DNA of 64,000 nucleotides from Elusimicrobia bacterium RIFOXYA12_FULL_51_18 (GCA_001800245.1 MGVA01000059.1:1810-65809); one strand, 5' to 3'; positions 45,615 through 54,431 are shown, numbered from the stretch's first letter. A program made the numbers and translations. Notes: generated from the letters alone by a model not told the origin.

Positions 45615-46916
45615 TTAAAAAAACGTCCCATAGAACATGCCGCTGAATGTCGCCATTATCACCACCAGCGTCACATATACAGCGGTTTTCTTTGTCCCCA
45701 TTACGCTTTTAAGCACCAGCATACTGGGCAACGAAAGCGCGGGGCCAGCCAGCAGAAGAGCTAAAGCCGGGCCTTTACCCATTCCAGAACCTATAAGCCC
45801 CTGAAGTATAGGCACTTCGGTCAAAGTAGCGAAATACATAAAAGCCGCCACTATTGAGGAGAAGAAGTTGGCGGCGAAGGAATTCCCGCCCACCGCCCAG
45901 GCAACCCAGGTGGAAGGAATAACCCCCTCATGCCCCGGCCTGCCCAACAGGAACCCCGACACGAAAACGCCGCCTATTAATAGCGGGAAGATCTGCTTTG
46001 ACAGGTCCCAGGAGGCAGCGAACCAGTCACTCATTTCCCCCTCACCGGAAGAGTTCAACAGCCAGGAAAGGCCGATAAAACCGGCTGAGAATGAAAGTAC
46101 AGGCAGGTCACGGTATAGAAAAGCCAGTATAACCGCGGGCAGGGCCGCGATTATCAGCTTTTTGGAGTCCGCGCCGAACCACAGCTTGAGCATTAAGCCC
46201 AGTGCAACGGCGGAAGCAGCGGTTAAGAGCCATTTAGCCTGGAACAAGGCGTAGAAGAAAGCGTCGGAAGGATCGGCCTTGGCCCAATTGGCGAAAATAA
46301 GCACGGCGGCCATAGCGGCGAAATACAAGGAAGTCTGCCAAAGAGGTCTTTTGACTTCCGGCTCCGGGAAGTCCGCCTGCGCTTTCACCTTGGCGTCCTC
46401 TTCATGCCTGAAGATAAAATGCATGGCCAGGCCGATCACAACGCTGAAAACTACCGCACCTATAGCGCGTGCCGCGCCCATTTCAAAGCCGAGTATGCGG
46501 GCGGTCAGCACTATGGCCAGCACGTTTATGGCTGGGCCGGAGTAAAGAAAGGCAATGGCCGGGCCAAGGCCCGCCCCGCGCTTATAAATACCGGCAAACA
46601 GCGGCAGCACCGTACAGGAGCAAACCGCAAGTATGGTGCCGGAAACCGAAGCCACGCCATAAGAAAGGAATTTATTGGCTTTGGCTCCGAAATACTTCAT
46701 CACCGAAGCCTGGCTTACAAAAGCGGAAATGCCGCCGGCAATGAACAACGCGGGAACAAGACAAAGCACTACATGCTCCCGGGTGTACCACTTAGCCAGT
46801 TCCAACCCCTCTGTTATGGCCCCGTCAAAGCGCGGCAGTCCGACCGGCAGAAAGTAAAAAGCGAAAAACACTCCGATAAACCCGGCCAGCCATTTCCATT
46901 CGTCTTTCCAGTTCAT
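45615..46916 (-). CDS. YraQ/ArsP-family permease
   Basis: Polytopic protein with the vicinal-Cys segment GTILAVCSCTVLPLFAGIYKRGAG, characteristic of the DUF318/ArsP permease family. It sits directly downstream of arsR. Confidence 0.7.
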   Translation of the reverse strand: MNWKDEWKWLAGFIGVFFAFYFLPVGLPRFDGAITEGLELAKWYTREHVVLCLVPALFIAGGISAFVSQASVMKYFGAKANKFLSYGVASVSGTILAVCSCTVLPLFAGIYKRGAGLGPAIAFLYSGPAINVLAIVLTARILGFEMGAARAIGAVVFSVVIGLAMHFIFRHEEDAKVKAQADFPEPEVKRPLWQTSLYFAAMAAVLIFANWAKADPSDAFFYALFQAKWLLTAASAVALGLMLKLWFGADSKKLIIAALPAVILAFLYRDLPVLSFSAGFIGLSWLLNSSGEGEMSDWFAASWDLSKQIFPLLIGGVFVSGFLLGRPGHEGVIPSTWVAWAVGGNSFAANFFSSIVAAFMYFATLTEVPILQGLIGSGMGKGPALALLLAGPALSLPSMLVLKSVMGTKKTAVYVTLVVIMATFSGMFYGTFF

Positions 46917-47212
46917 ATTTCCCCCTTCTTTTTATTGAAGTTGGGACAAACGCTTAAGCTCAGCACGCAGCGGAGCTTTAACCTATAAATTATCTGATTG
47001 CCTTTCCTTACGGAATCGATGATGCCCGCGCTTCTGAGCACCGACAGATGCTTTGATATGGTAGATATGTCATCACCCACCATCTCCGTCAGCTCGCAGA
47101 CGCAGGAATCTTTTCTGCCAAGCTGGTGGACCATGAATAGGCGTGTCGGGTGCCCCAGCGCCTTGAAGGCCGCCGCTTCCTTTTCATAAACATCGAGAAT
47201 TGTTTTCTTCAT
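46913..47212 (-). CDS. arsR: ArsR/SmtB-family metalloregulator
   Basis: FKALGHPTRLFMVHQLGRKDSCVCELTEMVGDDISTISKHLSVLRSAGII. Start set at the ATG at 47212. Confidence 0.8.
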   Translation of the reverse strand: MKKTILDVYEKEAAAFKALGHPTRLFMVHQLGRKDSCVCELTEMVGDDISTISKHLSVLRSAGIIDSVRKGNQIIYRLKLRCVLSLSVCPNFNKKKGEI

Positions 47213-47320
47213 ATTTGCTATTCTACCAAATTCCCAAATACATGTCAAAGGCCCCAAGTCCCCGTTTTTTTGGAGAACGCGCCCGCCCTTATGCCAGCTT
47301 GATTCTAAATTTAGGTGGCA

Positions 47321-47538
47321 CTATGTCCCCCCGCGCATCAGTTTTACTGGTCCGCCTTCTATTTTAAGCGCCTTGCCGTTCACACTACGGCATCGGCCAG
47401 CTTCCGCCTGGCGGAAGCGAGTATGTTGCCGAACGTCTGCCTGGAAACCTTCATGGCCGAGGCAGCCTTTTTCTGCTCTTTCTTGTCCAACTCTGAATGC
47501 TTTATATTGTGAGCCCAGCCGTATATGATATGCGGCAT
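47321..47538 (-). pseudogene. Frameshifted, N-terminally diverged DUF134-like HTH gene
   Basis: Minus strand reads MPHIIYGWAHNIKHSELDKKEQKKAASAMKVSRQTFGNILASARRKLADAVV*. A shifted frame then continues VNGKALKIEGGPVKL. Compare MGVSRQTFGNIINSARQKIADALVSGKSVQITGG in 58838..59248. Confidence 0.45.
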
Positions 47539-47623
47539 TGTTTGATGGTTAAAAGAGGCTGAGGGTGTCGCATATTTCTAGACTATGCCTGTGCCGTATC
47601 AAGCGCTATGCGCAACAGACGGC

Positions 47624-49039
47624 CTAAGTTTTAGGACCCGGCTTATAACGCCTTCCCTTCCCCTCCGGAACCAGCACGCTGATAAACATCCCATCGCCAT
47701 CGCGTTCAATATCAAACAGTACGCCTTCCGCCAGATTTACCGCATCGAAAACGTTTGGCATTTCGGCGAAGGATCCGACGGTGGTTCGATTCACCGCCCT
47801 GATTGTGTCGCCGCGTTTTAGATAGCCGAACAGCTTTGAGTCCGCGCTTATCCGCTCCACCACGGCCCCGCCTTCCTCAAAACGCAGATCCAGGCCCTCC
47901 CATGAATAGGCATTGCTTTTGTGTCCCGGCCGAACTTTGTCGGCTCTTCCTGAAGTGTAGATAACCGAAGAGTCACGGCCTGGCCGCTCAGCAAGCTTGA
48001 TCTTCTGTTTTTTAGTCAGCTTCCCGCTGATAATCGTCAGTTCCATGATATCACCCGGCCTCCGGGTATATGTCCGGTAAAAAAGGTCTTCCTCCTTCTC
48101 AATAGGCTCGCCGTCGCTTTCTGTTATAATGTCGCCCCTGGCTATCCCGGCCTCGTAGGCCGGGGAACCTTTAGCCACCGCGTTAACAATCCCACCGGAA
48201 GTTGTCTTCACTCCCAGCCGCGCCGCCATCACGGGGTCAAGTGCCGTAAGTGATATGCCAAGCCAGCCGCGTTTTACCTCTCTCCCGGCAAGCATATCAG
48301 GTAGGACGCTCCTGACCTCCGATGCAGGAATGGCGAACCCCATACCGGCAAAAGCCCCTGAGGGAGAGAAGATTGCTGCGTTGACGCCTATAACTCGGCC
48401 ATTCAGGTTCAGTAACGGTCCGCCGGAATTCCCCTGGTTGATCGCCGCATCGGTTTGTATCAGCTTCTCGTATTTCCGGCCTTCCACTTTTATGCCAGCG
48501 TTAAGCGCTGAAACTATGCCGGATGTGAACGTCTGCCTGAAACCGAATGGGTAGCCTACTGCCAGCGCAAAATCTCCTACTTTCGCTTCAAGCGGTTCCA
48601 GTTCTAGATAAGGAAACCGGTCGTTGGAATGTATCTTAAGCACTGCGAGGTCGAGCGCCGGATCTCCGCCGGAGAACGAAGCCATATATGTTTTTTCTTT
48701 CCCACCGGCATCCGCCACGGAAACCTTTATGCGGGAAGCTCCTTCCACTACATGATAATTTGTCAGGATATGGCCTTCCGGGTCTATAATTAAGCCGGAG
48801 CCCACGCCTTGGGTGTCATAGCGGTAGGTCCGCTCCCTGGGAATTATATAACCAAAAAAGAATTCCGGTTCTATAAACGTTTCGGCGTCTTCACGCACTA
48901 CTTTCAGGCTGACCACCGCCGGTTTGGCTTTGGCGGCGACCATATTGAAAGTTTGTTGGACTTTATATGCTTCCTCCTGAGTTCCGGCTGCAACGGAGAT
49001 GAAAAGGATTAACGCAGTAAACGCTGTTTTTTTAATCAT
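47624..49039 (-). CDS. HtrA/DegP-family periplasmic serine protease with PDZ domains
   Basis: GSGLIIDPEGHILTNYHVV (His), DLAVLKI (Asp), GNSGGPLLN (Ser), followed by two PDZ-like segments. Confidence 0.9.
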   Translation of the reverse strand: MIKKTAFTALILFISVAAGTQEEAYKVQQTFNMVAAKAKPAVVSLKVVREDAETFIEPEFFFGYIIPRERTYRYDTQGVGSGLIIDPEGHILTNYHVVEGASRIKVSVADAGGKEKTYMASFSGGDPALDLAVLKIHSNDRFPYLELEPLEAKVGDFALAVGYPFGFRQTFTSGIVSALNAGIKVEGRKYEKLIQTDAAINQGNSGGPLLNLNGRVIGVNAAIFSPSGAFAGMGFAIPASEVRSVLPDMLAGREVKRGWLGISLTALDPVMAARLGVKTTSGGIVNAVAKGSPAYEAGIARGDIITESDGEPIEKEEDLFYRTYTRRPGDIMELTIISGKLTKKQKIKLAERPGRDSSVIYTSGRADKVRPGHKSNAYSWEGLDLRFEEGGAVVERISADSKLFGYLKRGDTIRAVNRTTVGSFAEMPNVFDAVNLAEGVLFDIERDGDGMFISVLVPEGKGRRYKPGPKT

Positions 49040-49121
49040 AGGGTTCCTTCCTTATGGATAATCAATGCGCATATTGACAAAAAATTCGGGAGCATATATT
49101 TAACAGCTTACATGAACGGCA

Positions 49122-50543
49122 CTATGAGGACGCCGGAGTAATCGCGGCCGCCTTTTCAGGAATAGAAACAGGAATGGTGATGGATATTTCGGTTCCCTTC
49201 CCCGGCTCTGATCGTACATCAAGTCGGGCAGAGTGCCTGTCAGCCACCAATTTGCAGAATGCCAGTCCCAGGCCCACATTTTTAGCGGTTTTAGAAAGCG
49301 ACGTGTACTTCTTGAAAATTTCTTCCCGGAATTTTTCAGGGATTCCAACTCCGGTGTCTCGAACGAACAGTTCAACGTTGTCTTTGCCTTGGGATCGGAC
49401 GCCTAGCTTTATCTTCCCGCCTTCGGGAGTATAATGGATGGCGTTCAAAACAAGGTTCCCGATGACACGCCGTATAAGAACATCGTCGCCGTAAATGCAC
49501 CAATCTTTTATCTTCGGCAGGATTTCCACGGACCACTTTCTGCCTGAAGCGATTACGATCGCGGAGTTCTCCTCGGCGCTTTCTTTGATCAGGCTTTCCA
49601 GCATTATCCGCTCTTTCTGGACCGGAATATCCTTATCGCTCAGCTTGGCGATATTCAGGATATCCTCGACCATGCCGTTAAGACGGCTCAATGAGTCTTT
49701 TGCCAAATGGGCAATTCGGCCCATGCCATTTTTACCATACGCGCCTTCATTTATCTCCTCAAGCATGAATTCATTGACCGCTTTCAGCACCGTGATGGGC
49801 TGCTTGAGGTCATGCACGGTCATGGCGAAAAAATCATGGTTTAGCGTCTCTGTTTCTTTGCGCAGATTCCTTTCTTCCACAAGCGTGTCATGAAAATCCC
49901 TGAAAGCCGCAGAAAGTTCACCCATTTCAGACCCTTTAGTCGCCGCTGGGAGGGAAGGCATTTCTGCATCCTTCATTTTCCCGGCGGCGCTTACCAGCAT
50001 CCGTATATCCAGCGCCAGTCTTGAACTGGCCGCCCAAAGCAGTGCCGCAAGCGCGCACAGGAATACCACGCCTTGAAAGATCGCCCGCCAGAGTACGTTT
50101 TCCCTCTCTCCCCTGGCCGCATCGACCGGTATACCCAATTCCAGCGTTCCGTAGAGTCGATTATTATTTACGAGGTCTTTTCTTATGTCAAAAACCCCGT
50201 CCTCTATCATATTGCTGGAGGCATCGATTCTGCGATCGGCAAATTTAATTCCAGGACTAGCGTGCGTAAATATGGGATCACCTTTGGTATTGGATACCTG
50301 CAAGTAGCTTATGTGCTGCAGGCGGGCAATAGAGGATAACGACTTCTTCATGCTGGATGAATCGTTTCCCGCCATATACTGCAGCGACAAATCCGCTATC
50401 AGGTCGGTAGTAACTTCCGCCTTGGTCATGGAGGATCTTGAAATGGCGCTTTTATGTGCCAAAACGCTTTCGTACACGACAGCGGCAATAAAAACAAACG
50501 CAATGCTCATGAATACTAAAAAAAGCTTTGTTCGTATATTCAT
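49122..50543 (-). CDS. Sensor histidine kinase with no response regulator adjacent
   Basis: N-terminal TM, periplasmic region and second TM. H-box MTVHDLKQPITVLK. HATPase motifs NLVLNAIHYTPEGG, RDTGVGIP and GLGLAFCKLV. Confidence 0.85.
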   Translation of the reverse strand: MNIRTKLFLVFMSIAFVFIAAVVYESVLAHKSAISRSSMTKAEVTTDLIADLSLQYMAGNDSSSMKKSLSSIARLQHISYLQVSNTKGDPIFTHASPGIKFADRRIDASSNMIEDGVFDIRKDLVNNNRLYGTLELGIPVDAARGERENVLWRAIFQGVVFLCALAALLWAASSRLALDIRMLVSAAGKMKDAEMPSLPAATKGSEMGELSAAFRDFHDTLVEERNLRKETETLNHDFFAMTVHDLKQPITVLKAVNEFMLEEINEGAYGKNGMGRIAHLAKDSLSRLNGMVEDILNIAKLSDKDIPVQKERIMLESLIKESAEENSAIVIASGRKWSVEILPKIKDWCIYGDDVLIRRVIGNLVLNAIHYTPEGGKIKLGVRSQGKDNVELFVRDTGVGIPEKFREEIFKKYTSLSKTAKNVGLGLAFCKLVADRHSARLDVRSEPGKGTEISITIPVSIPEKAAAITPASS

Positions 50544-50684
50544 ATTATTCTCCGAAAATGCCAGGCGTTGCGGGTGTTGTGGCTATGGCCCGGCGCGCGC
50601 GGGCCCATGCAAAAGTTAGGTCCGCGCGGGGATTCAAGGCCGTACCGCGACACCTGATGCTGTTATTGTGTGCTCGTTTTTATG

Positions 50685-50978
50685 TCAAAGGTTATCGTCG
50701 TCCGCGCCCTGCTCCTCCTTTTCCTCATGGCGTTCGCAAGAGATGGCAAGCGAGTTCTCCGTGAGGTCCAGGTTAATGTCCTTTTTCTCAACTCCGGGCA
50801 GCGCCACGGACACCTGTATCTCTTTGTCGGTTTCTTTTATGTCTATCTGAGGTGTATTCGTGCCGCCGCTTATCAGCGGGAGGTCAAAGAGGTCTTCAAA
50901 AACCCTGCCAAGGGATTTAAAAGGCCTCAGCGCCGCCGCTGATCTTTTCTCGAGGTTGGCTATGTCTTTGTCGCCCAT
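50685..50978 (-). CDS. Hsp20/alpha-crystallin family protein, C-terminally truncated or decayed
   Basis: IDIKETDKEIQVSVALPGVEKKDINLDLTENSLAISCERHEEKEE is the first half of an alpha-crystallin domain. The ORF stops at 97 aa. Reading past the TGA in frame gives ...ITASGVAVRP*, which resembles the terminal strand. Confidence 0.65.
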   Translation of the reverse strand: MGDKDIANLEKRSAAALRPFKSLGRVFEDLFDLPLISGGTNTPQIDIKETDKEIQVSVALPGVEKKDINLDLTENSLAISCERHEEKEEQGADDDNL

Positions 50979-51035
50979 AGTTGTTTCCTCCGTTGTGGTG
51001 GTTGTTTTTATGTCAGACTGGGGCCTGGCAAAAAT

Positions 51036-51064
51036 AGTGTAGCATGCTGGCAGTTTAATGTCAA
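51036..51064 (-). promoter_or_regulatory. Candidate sigma-70 promoter of hsp20
   Basis: Minus strand: TTGACA (51064-51059), 17-nt spacer, TACACT (51041-51036), about 58 nt upstream of the ATG at 50978. Confidence 0.55.
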
Positions 51065-51073
51065 GAGTGCTAA
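51047..51073. promoter_or_regulatory. Half-conserved CIRCE-like element overlapping the hsp20 -35
   Basis: Minus strand reads TTAGCACTC-ttgacatta-aactgccag. The left arm is a perfect CIRCE half-site (TTAGCACTC-N9-GAGTGCTAA). The right arm matches 5 of 9. Confidence 0.35.
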
Positions 51074-51261
51074 TTATGAAATACTTTCCTTATATATAGG
51101 CGTGGAATTTCGTGTTTCACCGGCGCAATCGCGTGATGTGAATGCTTCGCGTAGAAAGTAGGATCAAGCGCAGCTTGAATTTCTTGGCTTCTGCAAGCAG
51201 GCCGTTTTTAATATTTCTTTTTCCCGTCACATGATCAACTACTAGCAAATAGGGTAAGGTG

Positions 51262-51296
51262 AAAATAAAATGAGAAACAAAAAGGTTGTTTCTCAT
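51262..51296 (-). terminator. Rho-independent terminator
   Basis: Minus strand: atgagaaacaa-ccttt-ttgtttctcat (perfect 11-bp stem) followed by tttatttt. Confidence 0.7.
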
Positions 51297-51304
51297 CTAG
51301 GATT

Positions 51305-51883
51305 TTAAAAGTCCGGGTCCTTAGCGAATAGCAGCAGTGGCGCGAAACTCAAACGCACATCCCCGTTCCGGGGCTCTGCCAGCCTCAAATCAATAAGTCC
51401 CTGCTTGGCATCCAGGCCGGGCCTGAATTTTTCAGCGACACTCCGGACAAGATCTTCGCGTAGATCAGCCATGCCCGCACCGGGAACAAAAGCGTGTTCG
51501 GTCAGGCTTTGCTTCTTAAGAGCTTTGGCAGGGGCGATGCGATCTGCGTCCATCGGCAGATTTCTGTCATGGTCCCGGTAGAGGTGTTTGCCGTTTGTGG
51601 TTCGATGCGTAACCAGGGACGGCCCGGTTTCAAAAAGAAGAATCTTCTGGACACCAGAGTTGTAGATGTGGGACTTTGCCGAAAGGGGCGGGTCGATTCT
51701 GGAGGCAGGGATCTCAAGAAGCTTGGAAACCTGCTTCTCTGTATCGGGAAGGCCGGACGTTGTCCCATCGTCATCAAGACCTATAAGCAACTCTCCGCCG
51801 TCCGCATTTGCAAAGGCTACCAGAGTTTCGGCTATTTCGGCGGCAATGTTCTTAAGATGTTTTATATTCCGGGCAACAACTGA
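51305..51883 (-). pseudogene. Fragment of an AlbA_2 (Schlafen-type) putative DNA-binding protein, truncated at both ends
   Basis: The open frame reads ...NIKHLKNIAAEIAETLVAFANADGGELLIGLDDDGTTSG...LIDLRLAEPRNGDVRLSFAPLLLFAKDP. There is no proper start upstream of AFANADGG, and the usual C-terminal ATPase-like domain is missing. Confidence 0.5.
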
Positions 51884-52098
51884 TCATCCCCAGTGGCACG
51901 GGCACCAGCTTTAACGAATACAGGCTGGGCCTCAGGCTGGAGGAAGCTAAACGGCTGTTGACGCAGTCCGGTTATACCGTGGACCAGATCGCCCGCAGGT
52001 TCGGCTACGAGAACCCGGGTTCACAACGGTTCAAAAAGTTTTCCGGCCTGACCCCGGCCGCATACCGCAGGAATAAACGCTCCGACCCCCGCCGCTGA
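51856..52098 (+). pseudogene. C-terminal fragment of an AraC-family transcriptional regulator
   Basis: An 80-codon frame without a start reads ...SFNEYRLGLRLEEAKRLLTQSGYTVDQIARRFGYENPGSQRFKKFSGLTPAAYRRN. This is the second HTH of an AraC domain. Confidence 0.55.
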
Positions 52099-52433
52099 AA
52101 CACCCCGCGTACCGGTAAAGTGAGAATAATTCCACACCATGGGCCCAGGTATAAATATTCCGTAAGTTTCCCAGGTCAATCTGTAGAAAAGCATTTCCCC
52201 AGGAGCCATCCCATCCTGATAAGCCCGCGCTTGCCCATAATCCGGCTAGGTTCTTAAGGTACTGCTGATAATCCCCTTCCTAAGGGAAAAGGCAGGTCCA
52301 CCTCGCGCCCGTTCTTTATCCCGAGCTTAAACTTTTTTTGTTAACCAATTAGACTTGCGGGAACTTAGGGGTAAGGTCGGGTTCGACCTGGCTGGAACAT
52401 CTTTTGATGGCGGTTACGGAACAACGGTCCTTC

Positions 52434-53111
52434 TCACCTCTTTGTTGCCGGGATGAAAAGAGTGTGTTGTGAAGAAACCTTGGCCATGAGGGTGGGCAAT
52501 TCTTCTATAGTGCCGTTTATGACAGAATGGCCGTCTGAATTCACAAAAAACGCAGCAAGGAATACACGTTTTTCCGGTGGATAGGCGGACGCGATCTTTG
52601 AAAGGAATTGGGTCCGTTTCTTTTTATGCCCTGAAGCGTTAAGGCTCCCCACGCAGAAAAACAGTGTGTCGGTTTCAGGGGTCAGTTCCGCGCCGTCTGC
52701 TACATTGCCTACAGTTAACAACCTTAGCTCGCTCTCTAAGGTCAGGTTGAAGTGGATTAGGAGAGAGTCTATCGAAGAGACGGCCTCAAGAAGTTTTACG
52801 CGGATATTCTTTTTCGCAGCGGCAACGGACAGCGCATGTATAGTGGAACTGATGAACGCCGGGTTCCCGTAGGTCAGAAAACCGATAGTGTCATGTGTTC
52901 GGAAGCCCTGCAGAATCGTTTTTACACACGCGGCGTTGTTTGCGCGCGGCAGAAGAACCAGATCGGCGGTTAGTCGGGAAATATTGGAGGCTGTGGCCTC
53001 ATCTAAGGCGTTGCTGTATACCCTGTCACACTTCCTAAGTACGGCGATCGTTTCAAGGGTTAGATGGTTGAATTTAATGCCATGTGAAATACCGTAAAGC
53101 GTTTTTGCCAT
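52434..53111 (-). CDS. Tetrapyrrole-methylase-fold (TP_methylase-like) protein
   Basis: MAKTLYGISHGI..LTLETIAVLRKCDRVY...IGFLTYGNPAFISSTIHALSVAAAKKNIRVKLLEAVSSIDSLL follows the TP_methylase motif order. Alternative ATG starts are at 53135 and 53192. Confidence 0.5.
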   Translation of the reverse strand: MAKTLYGISHGIKFNHLTLETIAVLRKCDRVYSNALDEATASNISRLTADLVLLPRANNAACVKTILQGFRTHDTIGFLTYGNPAFISSTIHALSVAAAKKNIRVKLLEAVSSIDSLLIHFNLTLESELRLLTVGNVADGAELTPETDTLFFCVGSLNASGHKKKRTQFLSKIASAYPPEKRVFLAAFFVNSDGHSVINGTIEELPTLMAKVSSQHTLFIPATKR

Positions 53112-53283
53112 TTTAATACTGCTCCGTTTTCTCATATTGCCACATATTTCCGTCCCCCGATCATTTCCCTGATAGATCTGGTCATGGCGCAATTTTTATT
53201 TTAGCAAATAAGCACGGCGGCCAGCGGGTAAGCTCGAGCCCCCCTCCTCGATCCCGTGGTGGGGCGGTCGACGCTTCATGGCG

Positions 53284-53348
53284 AAAAAAATGCCCTGCGT
53301 CCAAGCAGGGCGATCCGTCGGGCTACTAGATTAAATTTGGGGGGTGGC
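53284..53348 (+). repeat. 5' stub of the repeated HTH-gene module (copy 1); also a minus-strand terminator hairpin
   Basis: aaaaaaatgccctgcgtccaagcagggcgatccgtcgggc...aaatttggggggtggc parallels 59444-59548 of copy 2. The stem is gccctgc/gcagggc at 53292-53311. On the minus strand it is followed by a T7 run. Confidence 0.6.
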
Positions 53349-54042
53349 TTTCAGGCCTCAGTCATAACCTACTTTGCGTAACATCCCGAGGAATCTTTAT
53401 AAATACCGCTTTCCGGTCGTTTCCCTCAGGTTCCCCCATCCAGGACCGCGAGAAGCCGTCGCGGGCGTGGGGCCACGCGGCGCGGCCCCGCACCGCTCCT
53501 CTGCACCGCACGATAGCCGCACGGTCGGCCACGCTGCGCGGCCGCCCATGCTTGCCGCAGGAAAAAGGGTTCGCAGGCTCGGCACGTTGCGCCTTCGCTC
53601 TGCTCCAGCAGAAAAGAGGTGTTTCTCATACTCACCCCTTCGGGGCCAGGGCGCATACGCGCCCGCGCAACAGCCGGGTGTCCACCGGACACCGTGCGCC
53701 CTCCTTATGCGCGGCCTGCTGGCCGCTCCCGTCCGCCTTCGGCGGCCGTACAACGCAGAAAATTATTTCCCGCGCGCGCTGCAAAGAGTTGATGCCGGTG
53801 GCCACCATATTTATAAAACACCACCCCGGCGTCCGCTGCTGCAGTCGCCGCGGTGGTCTTTTCTGTTAATGTTTTGTCGCCACCGGAAGAGGCGGAAACT
53901 ACAAAACCATAAGGTAGGACCAGGCCTGGAGCTCTGGCCGCGTGGGGGCCGCCGCTCCCGTCCTGGCCCGCCTTACCTGCCCCCGGCCATTTATGATACG
54001 GCATAATTCCACACCCTCAAATAATCACAGCTAATCCCGTGG
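53349..54042 (-). other. ~690-nt non-coding, hairpin-dense tract (GC-rich core ~53430-53990); candidate structured RNA or palindromic-element cluster
   Basis: All six frames give only overlapping Arg/Pro/Gly/Ala-rich ORFs. Local hairpins occur at 53446-53464, 53635-53645, 53649-53664 and 53677-53693. Palindromes are ggtggccacc (53797-53806) and ccaggcctgg (53920-53929). Strand is inferred from the terminator at 53284-53311. Confidence 0.3.
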
Positions 54043-54375
54043 TTAATGGGTCCACTCAATAACCTTCACTTCCGCCCCTAACTTTTTTACGACGGCTTCC
54101 CTCATCTTTTCAAAGTGCGGGCACGGAAAGCCTATGGGGTTTCCATTCTTAATGCAGGAGGCGAACGCGATTATCTGCGCGCCGCGTTCCACCATCATTT
54201 TGGCCCTTGTGACCGCTTTCTTTCCTGGGCAGCCGCCGCATGAAACAAAGCCTATAATTTCCACGGGCCCGGTTTCGGCGAACGCGCATTTTCCCTCCTG
54301 CGCGATCTTGAAATCGGTGCTGCCGGGGCACATGTCCTCCGTTTGCTGGCATCGAATGATCCCTGCTTTCATCAT
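54043..54375 (-). CDS. CGGC-domain protein
   Basis: 110 aa with IIRCQQTEDMCPGSTDF and FVSCGGCPGKKAV motifs. Confidence 0.7.
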   Translation of the reverse strand: MMKAGIIRCQQTEDMCPGSTDFKIAQEGKCAFAETGPVEIIGFVSCGGCPGKKAVTRAKMMVERGAQIIAFASCIKNGNPIGFPCPHFEKMREAVVKKLGAEVKVIEWTH

Positions 54376-54431
54376 TTGTTCTTCCTTCGGGGTTTAGATC
54401 CCCGCCTCTTGGTGTTTATACTGTTCGGCGC

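Noticed and set aside
50683-50687. The in-frame TGA ending hsp20, followed by sequence resembling the missing C-terminal strand, raised the idea of stop-codon recoding (Sec, or UGA read as a sense codon).
   Set aside because: TGA serves as an ordinary stop for many well-supported genes here, for example zwf at 21111-21113 and the 462-aa gene at 4157-4159. The read-through would also be too short for a complete alpha-crystallin domain. Decay is the simpler explanation.
51021-51050. TGGCA...GCA strings (cctggcaaaaatagtgtagcatgctggcag) looked like a sigma-54 -24/-12 promoter near hsp20.
   Set aside because: The GG-to-GC spacing does not fit TGGCAC-N5-TTGC. The only orientation with a TGGCA start points away from hsp20. 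A good sigma-70 promoter explains the region.
52126-52138. The 13-mer ataattccacacc is repeated at 54003-54015, possibly marking element boundaries around the fragment region and GC-rich tract.
   Set aside because: A single 13-nt match is expected by chance many times over in 64 kb on two strands, and there is no extended similarity on either side.
52368-52395. ggggtaaggtcgggttcgacctgg resembles a tmRNA 5' end (GGGG...GGNUUCGAC) or a tRNA T-arm.
   Set aside because: No matching 3' T-arm or CCA-type acceptor end lies within 300-450 nt downstream. The segment folds as a simple aggtcg-ggtt-cgacct hairpin with a 4-nt loop, not a 7-nt T-loop. The expected body would overlap the 52434..53111 CDS.
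53374-54006. 210-aa plus-strand ORF, with overlapping minus-strand ORFs at 53397..53753 and 53705..54004, in the GC-rich tract.
   Set aside because: Mutually overlapping ORFs occur on both strands, all Arg/Pro/Gly/Ala-rich and without motifs or an RBS. I treat them as non-coding sequence (see the finding) rather than CDS.
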